DNA from: an uncultured Planctomycetota bacterium
Lineage (GTDB): Bacteria; Planctomycetota; Planctomycetia; Isosphaerales; Isosphaeraceae
DNA length: 64,000 nt
Direction of reading: 5' to 3'
NCBI GenBank assembly: GCA_963845755.1
Contig: CAWJTV010000047.1
Coordinates: forward strand, 64,001 to 128,000
The notes under the pieces were generated by a model. It was given only the letters and a program-made list of their open reading frames with translations. It ran no database searches and was not told the DNA's origin. Shown here one piece after another: positions 18,178-29,517 of this stretch. The stretch's first letter is position 1. The number at the start of each line of letters is the position of its first letter. Both the position numbers and the translations under genes were made by a program.

Positions 18178-19032
18178 AGAGTATGCAGACGAATCAGCCT
18201 TTGTTCCTTGCGCCGAGCCGGAATCACTATCTCGGCTGCCACGGAGCGTCTCCGCTTTCCACAGATAGACGTCGAACTCGCCCAGCTCAGTATCAACCAC
18301 GATCTGCTCGTCCGGCTTGATGTCGGCCATCCGGTGCGCGACCGAAATCACGCGCGTGCCCGGCGGCAGCTTCCGGAGTTGCGGCAACAATTTGGCGTTG
18401 AGGCGCGGCAGCAGGTAGACCGTGACGATGGTCGGCCCTTTGCTCAGGTCGAGCGCGAAGATGTCGCGCTGTTCAATCTTGACCAGCCGCTCGACGCCTT
18501 GCTTGCGCACGTTGACGAGGGAATCCTTGACGCGTTCGGGATCGATGTCGAAACCGCACGCCTTGCAAGCGTACTCCTTGGCCGCCGTCACCGGGATGCG
18601 TCCGTCGCCGCAGCCTAGGTCCCAGACCACGTCCTTGCTGGTTACCCTGGCCAGCCGCAGTAGCGCATCGACCACCTTCTGTGGCGTTGGCTCATATTCG
18701 ACGTCGGTAATGGGCCGTTTGCCCGGCTCGCGCAGGTCGATCGATTCGAAGTCGCCCGGCCGAATGTCGATCCGGCGTGTGACAGTTCGCGGCCCGTTTG
18801 GGCCGGGAATGATCGCCTTGATGGTGTAGGTGTACTTGCCCGGCGGCAGTGGCGGCGACACGAAGCGGCGCATCGGCCCCTTGGACCTCGTATCCTGATC
18901 CTCGATAAACAGCCGGGCGCCCTCCGGGAGATAGACCTCGACCATGACGGTCTTCCGAGACTCTTGCGCGAACGTGGCGGCCGGGATCAGGCACGCAAAC
19001 AGGCCCGCCGCCCGAATCAAGTTGCGCCACAT
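18100..19032 (-). CDS. TIGR03000-like domain fused to a class I SAM-dependent methyltransferase, with signal peptide
   Basis: Signal-like MWRNLIRAAGLFACLIPAATFA; LPEGARLFIED..T.S.G..R.FVSPPL.PG.Y.Y; Y.PTP..VVD.LL.LA; VWDLGCGDGRI. Confidence 0.85.
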   Translation of the reverse strand: MWRNLIRAAGLFACLIPAATFAQESRKTVMVEVYLPEGARLFIEDQDTRSKGPMRRFVSPPLPPGKYTYTIKAIIPGPNGPRTVTRRIDIRPGDFESIDLREPGKRPITDVEYEPTPQKVVDALLRLARVTSKDVVWDLGCGDGRIPVTAAKEYACKACGFDIDPERVKDSLVNVRKQGVERLVKIEQRDIFALDLSKGPTIVTVYLLPRLNAKLLPQLRKLPPGTRVISVAHRMADIKPDEQIVVDTELGEFDVYLWKAETLRGSRDSDSGSAQGTKADSSAYSLGGNHSTRFDPLLAPIATASDPSES

Positions 19033-19336
19033 GGAAAGCTTCCCCTCCGGTCGTCGGTCATCTACGGTCCGCGCGATAGCCATCCTCCACGATACCGCGC
19101 CGCGACGTCGATCACACCACGCGACAGGCCGGCCGACAAGAGTCAGGCCGCATTGCGTCCCGTTCAACCAGTGAGACGGTCGTACGGAACATCCACACCC
19201 GATCGAGGGCAATCGGGAAGTCAAGTTACCGCGCTAGCGGTTGGGTTGTTTTACTGTACTAATGTTTCGAAAAGGAAACGGCCGCTTGATTTACCCAAGA
19301 ATCAGGGCTTGCTTGCCATGAAATCTTCGCGGAAAT

Positions 19337-19449
19337 GTCAAGCAAACGGTCGTTTGCTTTACAGGTTCATGCAGACCTATGAGACAGTGAGACGAGGTGT
19401 GCTTATCTGGTGGTATTTCTCCTAAAGTGAAGCGATTTGTTTACTTGAC
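19337..19449. mobile_element. Putative miniature element of the second family (113 bp; ends GTCAAGCAAAC / GTTTACTTGAC)
   Basis: 10/11-bp terminal IR. The left end contains the palindrome AAGCAAACG-GT-CGTTTGCTT. Similar to 13797-13912. Confidence 0.5.
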
Positions 19450-19734
19450 TCATGCCATCTCCCCGGCGTTGGGCGGCCGCGCACTGGCGTGTAATCGTCT
19501 CCGTTCCGAGGCGTGACGTCTTTCGGAGAGCATATCCCGCCGCGTATCCTGATGCCGTCATGTCGGGGACTGATCCGGGGCAAACGATCGTGGGTGACCT
19601 CACCCACGACCGACCGGCCCAGGACAATAATCGGTCCACGGCGCGGAATAACGTGTTTGACGGCGCGCGGGGGTCCGTGGGGCGGGATGGTCTCGCCCCG
19701 CCCCGGAGCGCCTCACCACCGCGGAGTTTGGCCG

Positions 19735-21727
19735 ATGAGGGAAGTGCACAACGCCTCGATCCGCAGCCTGGCTGCCACGGTCCTGACCGCGCTGACAATG
19801 GGGCTACCGATTGCCGCCCGAGCCGAGCCGCCGCCGCTGATCGCGAGGGATGTCCTGTTCGGCAACCCCGAGAAGATCTCGCCCAGGATCTCGCCTGACG
19901 GCAAGCGGTTGGCCTGGATCGCGCCCGACCGGAAGAACGTGCGCCAGGTCTGGGTCAAGACGATCGGCAAGGACGACGATAAGGTCGTCACCGACGACCA
20001 GAAGCGGGGTATCCGTAACTACGTGTGGGCCGAGAACAGCAAGGTCCTGCTCTACCTGCAGGACCATGACGGCGACGAGGAATTCCACGTCTATGGCGTT
20101 CGACCTCGATGCGGGCAAGGTCCGCGACTTCACCCCCCATGAGAAGATCCAGGCGCGGATCTCGGCCATCGACCCGAACTTCCCCGACGAGGTCCTGCTC
20201 TCGATCAACATCCGCGACAAGCAACTGCACGACGTCTACCGTCTGAACGTCACCACCGGCGAGCTGACGCTCGACACGAAGAATCCGGGCGACATCGCCG
20301 GCTTCGTGGCCGACCCCAGGTTCAAGGTCCGTGCCGCGCAAGCGGTCACGCCCGACGGCGGGACCGAGATCCGCATCCGCGACGACGTTCAGTCCGACTG
20401 GAGGACATGGGTCAAGGTCGGGCCAGACGAGAACCTCGACTTCCTCGACTTCACGGCCGACGGCAAGTCGGCCTACCTGCTCTCATCGCTCGGCAGCGAC
20501 ACGGCGCGGGTGGTGGAGGTGCCGCTCACGGGCGACCCGGCCAGGGACGCGAAGGTCGTCGCCTCGTCCGACGCGGTCGACGCCGGCGCCGTGGTGGTCC
20601 ACCCGAAGCGACACGTCGTCCAGGCCGTCGCCTTCGCGCCGGGCCGGATGCGATGGGAGGTGATCGATCCGTCGGTCAAGGAGGACTTCGAGGGGATCGC
20701 CCGGCTGTTCGACGGCGACTTCAACGTGATCAACCGCGACTCGGAAGACCGAGCGTGGCTGGTCTCCTTCACCAACGACCGCGGTCCGATCCGCTACTAC
20801 GTCTGGGACCGCCAGTCGAAGGAGGGAAAGTTTCTCTTCGTCCACCAGTCGAAGCTGGAGGGGCTGAAGCTGGCCCCGATGAAGCCGGTCGAGATCAAGA
20901 GCCGCGACGGCCTGACGCTGCACTCCTATCTGACGATGCCGGAGGGTGTCCCGCCGCAGGGCCTGCCGATGGTCCTGCTGGTCCACGGCGGCCCGTGGGG
21001 CCGCGACACCTGGGGATTCAACCCGATGGCGCAATGGTTGGCCAACCGCGGCTACGCTTGCCTTCAGGTCAACTTCCGCGCCTCGGTCGGCTACGGCAAG
21101 AAATTCCTGCACGCCGGCGACAAGCAGTGGGGAAAGTCGATGCACGACGATCTGATCGACGCCGTTGACTGGGCTGTCAAGCAAGGGATCGCCGACAAGG
21201 CGAAGGTAGCGATCATGGGCGGCTCGTACGGCGGCTACGCGGCGCTGGCCGGCGTGACCTTCACGCCCGAGGTCTTCGCCTGTTCCGTCGACGTCGTCGG
21301 GCCGTCGAACCTCCGGACTCTGATCGCGACCATCCCGCCTTACTGGAAACCGATACGGGCCATGTTCGACGTTCGGATGGGGAACGTCGACGACGCGCGC
21401 GACGCCGAGCTGATCAAGGAGGCTTCGCCGCTGTTCAAGGCCGACAAGATCGTCCGGCCTCTGCTGATCGGCCAGGGGGCGAACGACCCCCGGGTCAAGC
21501 AGGCGGAGTCGGAGCAGATCGTCCAGGCAATCGAGAAGAACAAGGGGACCGTCACCTACATCGTCTACCCCGATGAAGGCCACGGATTTGCTCGGCCTGA
21601 GAACTCGATCGATTTCAACGCCCGCGCCGAGAAGTTCCTCGCCCGGTACCTCGGCGGTCGCTACGAGCCGATGCAGGGCGACAAGTACCCCGGCTCGACG
21701 GCCGTGGTGAGAGTCATCGGCGGCTAA
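19735..21727 (+). CDS. S9 family (prolyl oligopeptidase / acylaminoacyl peptidase) serine peptidase, exported (frameshift near 20098)
   Basis: Signal peptide, PLIAR..LFGNPE...P.ISPDG, VHGGPW, GGSYGG nucleophile, GANDPRV, DEGHGF. Confidence 0.92.
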
Positions 21728-21739
21728 ATGCATTTGCAC

Positions 21740-21813
21740 GATTCGGGGAGGGCGAGCCTCCCGGCGAGCCATGATCCGATCCAGCTCGGACGGAGCCTCG
21801 CTCTCCCGGAATC
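21740..21813. repeat. REP-like inverted repeat (GGGAGGGCGAG.CTCC...CGAGC / GCTCG...GGAGCCTCGC.CTCCC)
   Basis: ~30-bp imperfect IR just after the peptidase stop; a planctomycete-type REP doublet. Confidence 0.75.
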
Positions 21814-22174
21814 ACGCAAGGTCCTTTAGCGCGCCTCACTTTAGGGTCGCACGCACAGGAACGCAGTAACGGTCTCCGGCACTCCTACAGCGTGCACCGA
21901 CCGTATTGGCCCGAAGGCGACCAAAGGTCGCACTCGACAACTCGGCTTGGGTGAGCGATGGCTTCGAGCCGGTTCCGTCGTAACGTCCTTCTGCCGATCG
22001 GATCTCCATCCACGATTCTCCTAAGTTGACCGGCCGAATCCTTCGAAAGTTCGTATACTCACGGTATACCGTAGTTCTGGGGAGGGTTCGGGGTGCGCGA
22101 TCAGGTCAGGAAAAGGCGGTGTTGGGATGAGGGGCGATCGAGGAACAGGCATCGAACATGGGAGCCGGCGTCGC

Positions 22175-22284
22175 GAAACCGTCAAAACGAAGCCAGCCGC
22201 CTCACCCACTCGACCGGAAATCGTTAAAACGAAGCCAACCGCAGGCGCCAAACGAAGGGAAAAAGACGAAACGAAGCCAAGACT
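22175..22284. repeat. Three direct repeats with core AAACGAAGCCA at exact 42-bp period
   Basis: Units start at 22175, 22217 and 22259; ~26-bp conserved block with ~16-bp variable linkers. Confidence 0.7.
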
Positions 22285-22602
22285 CGAAGGGTTAGGTAGA
22301 TAGTGTCGATTATCCTGATTAAGCAGAATATCGTGAATCCAATGATTGCAACGGGTTTCCCATTTGAAGCGACTGAGCCAAAAATACCGAATATGCTGAA
22401 AACGAGACTGAATTCAAACGACTCCTGGACCATTTCGCGATTCAGACAAGGTGAGTAGCACTCATCCACTTTCTGGGGGACAGAGACCTCGGGTCGCGGT
22501 TTGCGGACCTCGGAGGCGGACTCGGGATTGCGAGATCATGCGTGGAGCCGAAGTGCCGCGGCACCGGGAACCGACAACGACTGACTCGATGAGGCCAACG
22601 TG

Positions 22603-23198
22603 ATGTCCGAGCCACTTCCGGAGGTCTACCTGGCGCGTCACGGCGAGACGGCCTGGACGATCTCGCATCAGCATACGGGCGCACCGACATTCCGCTGACC
22701 GCGCGCGGCGAGCGCAATGCCGAGAGCCTGGGACTTCGTCTGCGCGGCGTTCGGTTCGACACGATCCTGGTCAGCACGTTGCAGCGCGCGAAGCGGACGT
22801 GCGAACTGGCCGGGTTCGGCCCGCAGGCCCAGGCCGATGCCGATCTGATCGAGTGGGACTACGGTCACTATGAGGGGCGGACGGCGGCCGAGATCCGCAA
22901 GGAGCGGCCGGACTGGTTCATCTTCCGCGATGGCTGTCCGGGAGGCGAGTCGGTCGCGGCCGTCGGTGCTCGGGCCGATGACGTCATCGCGCGCGTCCGC
23001 GCGCTCGAAGGCCGGACCATCCTGTTTGGCCACAGCCACTTCTTCCGCGTGTTGGCCGCGCGATGGCTGGGGCTGCACCCCTCGGAAGGCCGGCTCTTGC
23101 TTCTCAGCACGGCGTCGCTCAGTATCCTGGGCTACGAACATAACCGCGACGAGTCGGTCATCCGACTCTGGAACGATGACCGCCACGTGTTGCCCTGA
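22603..23198 (+). CDS. Histidine phosphatase (phosphoglycerate mutase-like) family protein (frameshift near 22680)
   Basis: VYLARHGETAW...HTG[R]TDIPLT..GE, LIEWDYG.YEG, GHSHFFRVLAARW. Confidence 0.9.
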
Positions 23199-23248
23199 GC
23201 CACGCGGGCCCGTACTAACCCATGCCCCGAAGGCCCGGAGTCCTCGTC

Positions 23249-25714
23249 ATGCCCAAGCTACAGAACCCCCCCGAGCGCTACCAGTGCGGCCCAGTCCCCA
23301 TCGCCGATCACGAGGACTACGACCGGCGGCTGGTCTTCGACCACATTATCAGTCCCGGCGAGGCCATCACGCGCGAGCGTTATGAGGCCCTGGCCCGGTC
23401 AGTTCGTGACTTGCTGGCCCAGCGATGGCTATTAACGCGACAGAATTACGACCGTCAGAACCCGAAGCAAGTCTATTATCTGTCGATGGAGTTCCTGATC
23501 GGTCGGACGCTGGCCAATACGATCACCAATCTCCAGATCGAAGACTACATCTGCGAAGATCTGGCCGCTGCTGGGGTTCGGAACTGGCACGACCTCGGCG
23601 AGGAGGAGCCCGACGCCGGGCTCGGCAATGGCGGACTCGGGCGTCTGGCTGCCTGCTTCCTCGATTCGATGGCGACCCTCCAGATCCCGGCCATCGGTTA
23701 CGGACTGCGCTACGAGTACGGCATGTTCCGCCAGGAGATTGAGAAAGGACGTCAGGTCGAGCACCCGGACAACTGGCTGCGACATCCCGACCCCTGGGAA
23801 GTGGCCCGGCCTTCGAGGACCCGAGAGGTCTCGATCCACTGCTCGTTCCAGATGAAAGATGGGCGGCTGGTCGTGACGCCGAACGTGCCAACGGTGCTCC
23901 GCGGCATCCCATATGACCGGCCGGTCGCCGGATACGGCGGACGTACGATCAACACCCTGCGGCTCTGGGGGGCCGCGGCGCACGAGGCCTTCAACTTCCA
24001 GGAGTTCAGCCGCGGCGACTTCTTCGATGCCGTCCACGAGAAAGTCGCGGCCGAGGTGCTCACCCGTGTCCTCTATCCCGACGATTCTACGCCCCGCGGC
24101 CGAAACCTCCGGTTTGTCCAGGAGTATTTCCTGGTCGCCAGCTCGCTGGCCGACATCGTCGCGCGATTCCGTCGCCGGGGCAATGACTGGCACGCCCTGC
24201 CCGAGAAGGTGGCCATCCAGCTCAATGATACCCATCCGGCACTGGCCGTGGCCGAGCTGATGCGCATCCTCCTCGACCAGGCCAAACTCGGCTGGGACGA
24301 AGCCTGGGACCTCACCCGGCGCACCCTGGCCTACACCAACCACACCCTGATGCCCGAGGCCCTGGAGACCTGGCCGGTCGGACTCTTCGAGATCCTCATC
24401 CCCCGCAACCTCGAGATCATCTACGAGATCAATCGCCGGTTCCTCGATGACGTTCGCGCCCGATTCCCCGGCGACGACGGCCGCGTGGCACGCGTCAGCC
24501 TGGTTGCCGAAGAGCCCGAAAAGCGGGTCCGCATGGCGAACCTGGCGATCGTCGGCACGCACAGCACAAACGGTGTCGCGGAGATCCACTCCCGGCTGTT
24601 GCGGACCTCGGTCGTCGCCGACCTTGCCGAATTGTTCCCCGACCGGTTCAATAACAAGACCAACGGCGTGACGCCCCGCCGCTGGCTCCTGCTGGCCAAT
24701 CCCGACCTCGCCCGACTGATCACCGACGCGATCGGCACGGGCTGGATCACCGACCTCGGTCAGCTCCGGAAGCTGCTCCCGATGGCCGACGATCCCGCGT
24801 TCCGCGACGGTTTCCGCCGGGCCAAACGCGCGGCCAAGGACCGCTTCGCCGCCTGGCTGCACTCCGCCACCGGACAGTCCGTCAACCCGGAATCCGTCTT
24901 CGATAGCCAGATCAAGCGCATCCATGAATATAAACGTCAATTACTTAATGTCCTGCACATCATCATTCTTTACAACCGGCTACGCGATAATCCGGGTCTC
25001 GTCGTGCCACCGCGGACCTTCTTCTTCGGCGGCAAGGCGGCGGCGGCGTATACGCTGGCCAAGCTCATCATCAAGTTGATCAATAACGTCGCGACCGTGG
25101 TGGACGCGGATCCCGTGGCGGGCGGCAAGCTGAAGGTCCTGTTCCTGCCGGAGTACGACGTCAGCCTGGCGGAGCGGCTGATCCCGGCCAGCGACGTCTC
25201 GGAGCAGATTTCCACGGCAGGGTTCGAGGCCAGCGGAACCAGTAACATGAAGTTCATGCTCAACGGCGCGCTGACCGTCGGCACGCGCGACGGCGCGACG
25301 ATCGAGATGGCCCGGGAGGCCGGCGAGGCGAACTTCTTCCTCTTCGGCCTGACCGCCGACCAGGTATCCGGGAGCCGGGGCTGGTACAATCCACGCTGGC
25401 ACTACGAACACGAGCCGGAGACGCGCCGGGCCCTGGACATGATCGCCTCGAATGTCTTCAGTCCGGACGAACCGGGGATCTTCACGCCGATCTGGGACAC
25501 CCTGGTCACTCATGGCGATCATTACATGCACCTGGCCGACCTGGCGTCGTATGTCCGCACGCACGAACAGGTCGCGGCCCTTTACCTCCGTCCAGACGAC
25601 TGGACGCGCCGGGCCATCATCAATGTGGCTCATTCCGGCAGGTTCTCCAGCGATCGGACGATCGCGGAGTATGCCCGCGAGATCTGGGAAGTCAACGCGT
25701 GTCCCGTGGGGTAG
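23249..25714 (+). CDS. glgP: Glycogen/starch/alpha-glucan phosphorylase
   Basis: YYLSMEFLIGR, GLGNGGLGRLAACF, QLNDTHP, KRIHEYKRQ, EASGTSNMK (PLP lysine). Confidence 0.97.
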   Translation: MPKLQNPPERYQCGPVPIADHEDYDRRLVFDHIISPGEAITRERYEALARSVRDLLAQRWLLTRQNYDRQNPKQVYYLSMEFLIGRTLANTITNLQIEDYICEDLAAAGVRNWHDLGEEEPDAGLGNGGLGRLAACFLDSMATLQIPAIGYGLRYEYGMFRQEIEKGRQVEHPDNWLRHPDPWEVARPSRTREVSIHCSFQMKDGRLVVTPNVPTVLRGIPYDRPVAGYGGRTINTLRLWGAAAHEAFNFQEFSRGDFFDAVHEKVAAEVLTRVLYPDDSTPRGRNLRFVQEYFLVASSLADIVARFRRRGNDWHALPEKVAIQLNDTHPALAVAELMRILLDQAKLGWDEAWDLTRRTLAYTNHTLMPEALETWPVGLFEILIPRNLEIIYEINRRFLDDVRARFPGDDGRVARVSLVAEEPEKRVRMANLAIVGTHSTNGVAEIHSRLLRTSVVADLAELFPDRFNNKTNGVTPRRWLLLANPDLARLITDAIGTGWITDLGQLRKLLPMADDPAFRDGFRRAKRAAKDRFAAWLHSATGQSVNPESVFDSQIKRIHEYKRQLLNVLHIIILYNRLRDNPGLVVPPRTFFFGGKAAAAYTLAKLIIKLINNVATVVDADPVAGGKLKVLFLPEYDVSLAERLIPASDVSEQISTAGFEASGTSNMKFMLNGALTVGTRDGATIEMAREAGEANFFLFGLTADQVSGSRGWYNPRWHYEHEPETRRALDMIASNVFSPDEPGIFTPIWDTLVTHGDHYMHLADLASYVRTHEQVAALYLRPDDWTRRAIINVAHSGRFSSDRTIAEYAREIWEVNACPVG

Positions 25715-25765
25715 CCTGGTCGCGTGCTTCGTGAACACATTGGATGATTTCGCGGACTTAAGGCC

Positions 25766-26002
25766 ATGCTTCTCTCCGAGCAGAAACTTGTCGAAGAGGT
25801 TATTCATTATATGATCCTCATTGAGGGGCTCTTCCCAGACGATCTCGATAAGGAGGAAATGATCCGTGAACTCCGGGATCGATTCGGTGTCCAGACGGTG
25901 AGATGGGCTATCGAGTCTCTGGCCGCCCGAAGAATCGCCCAAGGCTCTCGGTCAGCCTCGGTGGAAAAAGACCCAATGTGGGACCGTGATCTCGACGGAT
26001 GA
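25766..26002 (+). CDS. Small hypothetical protein ending [10 protein letters not shown]
   Basis: 78-aa ORF that fills the glgP-pgm gap in the same orientation, with a distinctive C-terminal motif. Confidence 0.55.
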   Translation: MLLSEQKLVEEVIHYMILIEGLFPDDLDKEEMIRELRDRFGVQTVRWAIESLAARRIAQGSRSASVEKDPMWDRDLDG

Positions 26003-26021
26003 TCCGATTACGGGGAGACCT

Positions 26022-27662
26022 ATGGCAATCCATCCTTTGGCAGGTCAACTGGCTCCAGTCAGCGAATTGATCGACGTCCCGGCGCTGGAGAAAGCGTACT
26101 ACCAGAACCGCCCCGACATGGGCGACCCACGCCAGTGCGTGTCCTTCGGCACCAGTGGCCACCGCGGCACGCCTCTTGATAACACGTTCACCGAGGCTCA
26201 CATCCTGGCGATCACGAAGGCGATCTGCGATTACCGCCGCATGCGGGACATCGATGGCCCGCTCTTCATGGGCAAGGACACACACGCACTCTCCGGTCCG
26301 GCCCAGCGAACCGCGCTGGAGGTTCTGGCGTCCGAAGGCGTCGAGACGATCCTCCAGCGCGACGACGGCGTGACGCCGACGCCGGTCATCTCCCACGCGA
26401 TTCTCGTCCATAATCGCGGCCGCACCCAGCATTTGGGCGACGGGATCGTGATCACGCCCTCCCACAACCCTCCCGCCGACGGCGGCTTCAAGTACAACCC
26501 GCCGAATGGCGGACCGGCCGACACCGACGTCACGGCGTGGATTCAAGACCGCGCCAATGCCGTCCTGAGAGCGAGCCACGCCGAAGTCAAGCGCGTGCCG
26601 TTCGCCCAGGCTCTCGAAGCCGACACGACGCGGGAGGTCGACTTCGTCAGGCCGTATGTCAACGATCTGGCAAGCGTGGTGGACATGGAGGCGATCCGTG
26701 GGGCCAAGCTCAAGATAGGCGTCGACCCGCTCGGCGGCGCGGCCGTACGCTACTGGCAGCCCATCGCCGACACCTACGGCCTGGACATTACGGTCACCAA
26801 CCCGGCCGTGGATCCGACCTTTCGTTTCATGACGCTCGACCACGACGGCAAGATCCGCATGGACTGCTCGAGCCCCTACGCGATGGCGAGCCTCGTCAAA
26901 CTCAAGGACCGCTTCGATATCGCCTTCGGTAACGACCCCGATTCCGACCGCCACGGGATCGTCACCAGGTCGCTCGGGCTGATGAACCCGAATCATTACC
27001 TGGCCGTCGCGATCCGATACCTGCTCACCCACCGGCCCGAGTGGTCATCGAGGGTGGTTGTCGGCAAGACACTTGTCAGCAGCGGTCTGATCGACCGGGT
27101 CGTCGAGGGCCTGGGACGAAACCTCTGCGAGGTCCCGGTCGGCTTCAAGTGGTTCGCTCCGGGCCTGCTCGATGGCTCCTTCTGCTTCGGCGGTGAGGAG
27201 AGCGCTGGGGCCAGTTTCCTGCGGCGCGACGGCACGGTCTGGACGACCGACAAGGACGGTCCGATCATGGACTTGCTCGCCGCGGAGATCCTCGCACGCA
27301 CCGGCAAGGATCCCGGCGAACACTTCCGCGAGCTGGCGGCTCAATATGGTACGCCCTATTACACGAGGATCGATGCTCCCGCGACACCCGAGCAGAAATC
27401 TCGCCTCGGGAAGCTCGAACCGTCCGACGTCAGGGCGTCCGATCTGGCCGGCGAGCCGATCGTCGCGAAGCTGACACGCGCTCCAGGCAACCATGCTCCC
27501 ATCGGCGGCCTCAAGGTCGTCTCCACGAGCGGCTGGTTCGCAGCGCGGCCATCCGGCACCGAGAATATCTACAAGATCTACGCCGAGAGCTTTCGCGATC
27601 AGACGCACCTCGACGCCATCGTCGCCGAGGCGCAGAAGATCGTCACCAATGCGCTGACCTGA
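26022..27662 (+). CDS. pgm: Phosphoglucomutase (alpha-D-glucose-1,6-bisphosphate dependent)
   Basis: [35 protein letters not shown]. Confidence 0.97.
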   Translation: MAIHPLAGQLAPVSELIDVPALEKAYYQNRPDMGDPRQCVSFGTSGHRGTPLDNTFTEAHILAITKAICDYRRMRDIDGPLFMGKDTHALSGPAQRTALEVLASEGVETILQRDDGVTPTPVISHAILVHNRGRTQHLGDGIVITPSHNPPADGGFKYNPPNGGPADTDVTAWIQDRANAVLRASHAEVKRVPFAQALEADTTREVDFVRPYVNDLASVVDMEAIRGAKLKIGVDPLGGAAVRYWQPIADTYGLDITVTNPAVDPTFRFMTLDHDGKIRMDCSSPYAMASLVKLKDRFDIAFGNDPDSDRHGIVTRSLGLMNPNHYLAVAIRYLLTHRPEWSSRVVVGKTLVSSGLIDRVVEGLGRNLCEVPVGFKWFAPGLLDGSFCFGGEESAGASFLRRDGTVWTTDKDGPIMDLLAAEILARTGKDPGEHFRELAAQYGTPYYTRIDAPATPEQKSRLGKLEPSDVRASDLAGEPIVAKLTRAPGNHAPIGGLKVVSTSGWFAARPSGTENIYKIYAESFRDQTHLDAIVAEAQKIVTNALT

Positions 27663-27739
27663 TCGACCGACGTTGATCTCCGGATGGAACTCTCAAATAC
27701 TCGCTCGAATCTCGGAAATCTGGAATTTGGAATCTTATC

Positions 27740-29371
27740 ATGAGCATATTACCCTTGCGTGACCGTCCGGCCTGGAAGGCCCTGGAAGCCCACTATCCGA
27801 AGATGCGCGACATGCATCTTCGCGGGTTGTTCCGCGACGATCTGGTTCGTGGCGAGCGGTTCACGGCCGAGGCCGTGGGTCTCTACCTGGACTACTCCAA
27901 GAACCGCGTCACGGACGAGACGTTGAAGCTCCTGGTCCAACTGGCCGAGGAGTCGGGGCTTCGAGGACGGATCGACGCGATGTTCCGCGGCGAGACGATC
28001 AACGTCACCGAACATCGGGCTGTGTTGCACGTGGCCCTGCGCGCGCCGATGGGCCAGTCGATCCTCGTCGGTGGCCAGGACGTGGTGCCCGACGTCCACG
28101 CCGTGCTCGAGAAGATGGCCGGCTTCTCCGAGCGTGTGCGAAGCGGGGAGTGGCTGGGACATACGGGACATCGGATCCGGAACGTCGTGAACATCGGGAT
28201 CGGCGGATCGGACCTCGGCCCGGTGATGGCCTACGAGGCACTTCGCCACTACAGCGACCGGGACCTGACGTTCCGCTTTGTCTCGAACGTCGACGGCACC
28301 GACTTCGCCGAGGCCACCCGTGACCTCGACCCGGCCGAAACGCTCTTCATCGTCTCCTCCAAGACGTTCACGACGCTCGAGACGATGACCAATGCGCAGA
28401 CCGCCCGCGCCTGGTGCCTCGGCGCACTGGGCGACGAGCCGGCGATCGCCAAACACTTCGTCGCCGTGTCGACCAACGCCCCGGAGGTCAGCAAGTTCGG
28501 CATCGACACGGCCAACATGTTCGAGTTCTGGGACTGGGTCGGCGGCCGCTACTCGATGGTTTCGGCGATCGGGTTGTCGACCATGATCGCGATCGGGCCC
28601 GACAACTTCCGCGCGATGCTCGACGGGTTCCACGCCATGGACGAGCATTTCCGCACCGCGGCCTTCGAGCGCAACCTGCCCGTTCTCCTCGGCCTGCTGA
28701 CCGTCTGGTACAGCGACTTCTTCGGGTCGGAGACGGTCGCGGTCTTGCCCTACGACCAGTACCTGAAGCGGTTCCCGGCTTACTTGCAGCAATTGACCAT
28801 GGAGAGCAACGGCAAGTCGGTCACGCTGGACGGCGCCCGGGTCGATTACTCGACCTCTCCGATCTTCTGGGGCGAGCCCGGGACCAACGGCCAGCACTCG
28901 TTCTACCAACTGATCCACCAGGGGACGCGGTTGATCCCCTGCGACCTGATCGGGTTCTGCAAGTCGCTCAACCCGCTGGGCGAACATCACGACGTGCTGA
29001 TGTCGAACGTCTTTGCCCAGGCCGAAGCCCTGGCATTCGGCAAGACGGCGGAGCAGGTCAAGGCCGAGGGGACGCCCGACTGGCTGGTGCCGCATCGCAC
29101 GTTCGACGGGAACCGGCCGACCAACGTCATCCTCGCCGAACGGCTAACGCCCAGGATCCTCGGCGCCCTCGTCGCCCTCTACGAACATAGTGTGTTCACG
29201 CAAGGCACGATCTGGCAGATCAATTCGTTCGACCAATGGGGCGTCGAGCTCGGCAAGGTGCTGGCCAAGCGGATCATCCCGGAACTCCGAAGCCATGGCG
29301 AAAGTGACCTCGCTCACGACAGCTCGACCAACGCACTGATCCGACGTTACCGCGAGGGAAAGTCGTCGTGA
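27740..29371 (+). CDS. pgi: Glucose-6-phosphate isomerase
   Basis: [45 protein letters not shown]. Confidence 0.98.
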   Translation: MSILPLRDRPAWKALEAHYPKMRDMHLRGLFRDDLVRGERFTAEAVGLYLDYSKNRVTDETLKLLVQLAEESGLRGRIDAMFRGETINVTEHRAVLHVALRAPMGQSILVGGQDVVPDVHAVLEKMAGFSERVRSGEWLGHTGHRIRNVVNIGIGGSDLGPVMAYEALRHYSDRDLTFRFVSNVDGTDFAEATRDLDPAETLFIVSSKTFTTLETMTNAQTARAWCLGALGDEPAIAKHFVAVSTNAPEVSKFGIDTANMFEFWDWVGGRYSMVSAIGLSTMIAIGPDNFRAMLDGFHAMDEHFRTAAFERNLPVLLGLLTVWYSDFFGSETVAVLPYDQYLKRFPAYLQQLTMESNGKSVTLDGARVDYSTSPIFWGEPGTNGQHSFYQLIHQGTRLIPCDLIGFCKSLNPLGEHHDVLMSNVFAQAEALAFGKTAEQVKAEGTPDWLVPHRTFDGNRPTNVILAERLTPRILGALVALYEHSVFTQGTIWQINSFDQWGVELGKVLAKRIIPELRSHGESDLAHDSSTNALIRRYREGKSS

Positions 29372-29416
29372 GTCCCTGGAATCCCCGGGTTCTTACGGCC
29401 GAAGGCCGCGTGGAGT
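29372..29416 (-). repeat. Solitary partial copy of the 142-152-bp repeat unit
   Basis: The reverse complement reads ACTCCACGCGGCCTTCGGCCGTAAGAACCCGGGGATTCC, matching the start of the units at 61799 onward. Confidence 0.6.
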
Positions 29417-29425
29417 AGAGGCAAC

Positions 29426-29459
29426 AAAAAACCCCCGGCGCCGTGGGCGCAACGGGGGC
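29426..29459 (-). terminator. Probable intrinsic terminator between convergent pgi and PEP-CTERM genes
   Basis: A6 followed by a CCCCCG..GCGC/GCGC..CGGGGG stem; U-tract on the minus strand. Confidence 0.65.
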
Positions 29460-29517
29460 TGGTCGAGAGGCGCGGGTTAGCGTGGAGAGATCACAAAGAC
29501 AACAAATGTCTGGAGTC

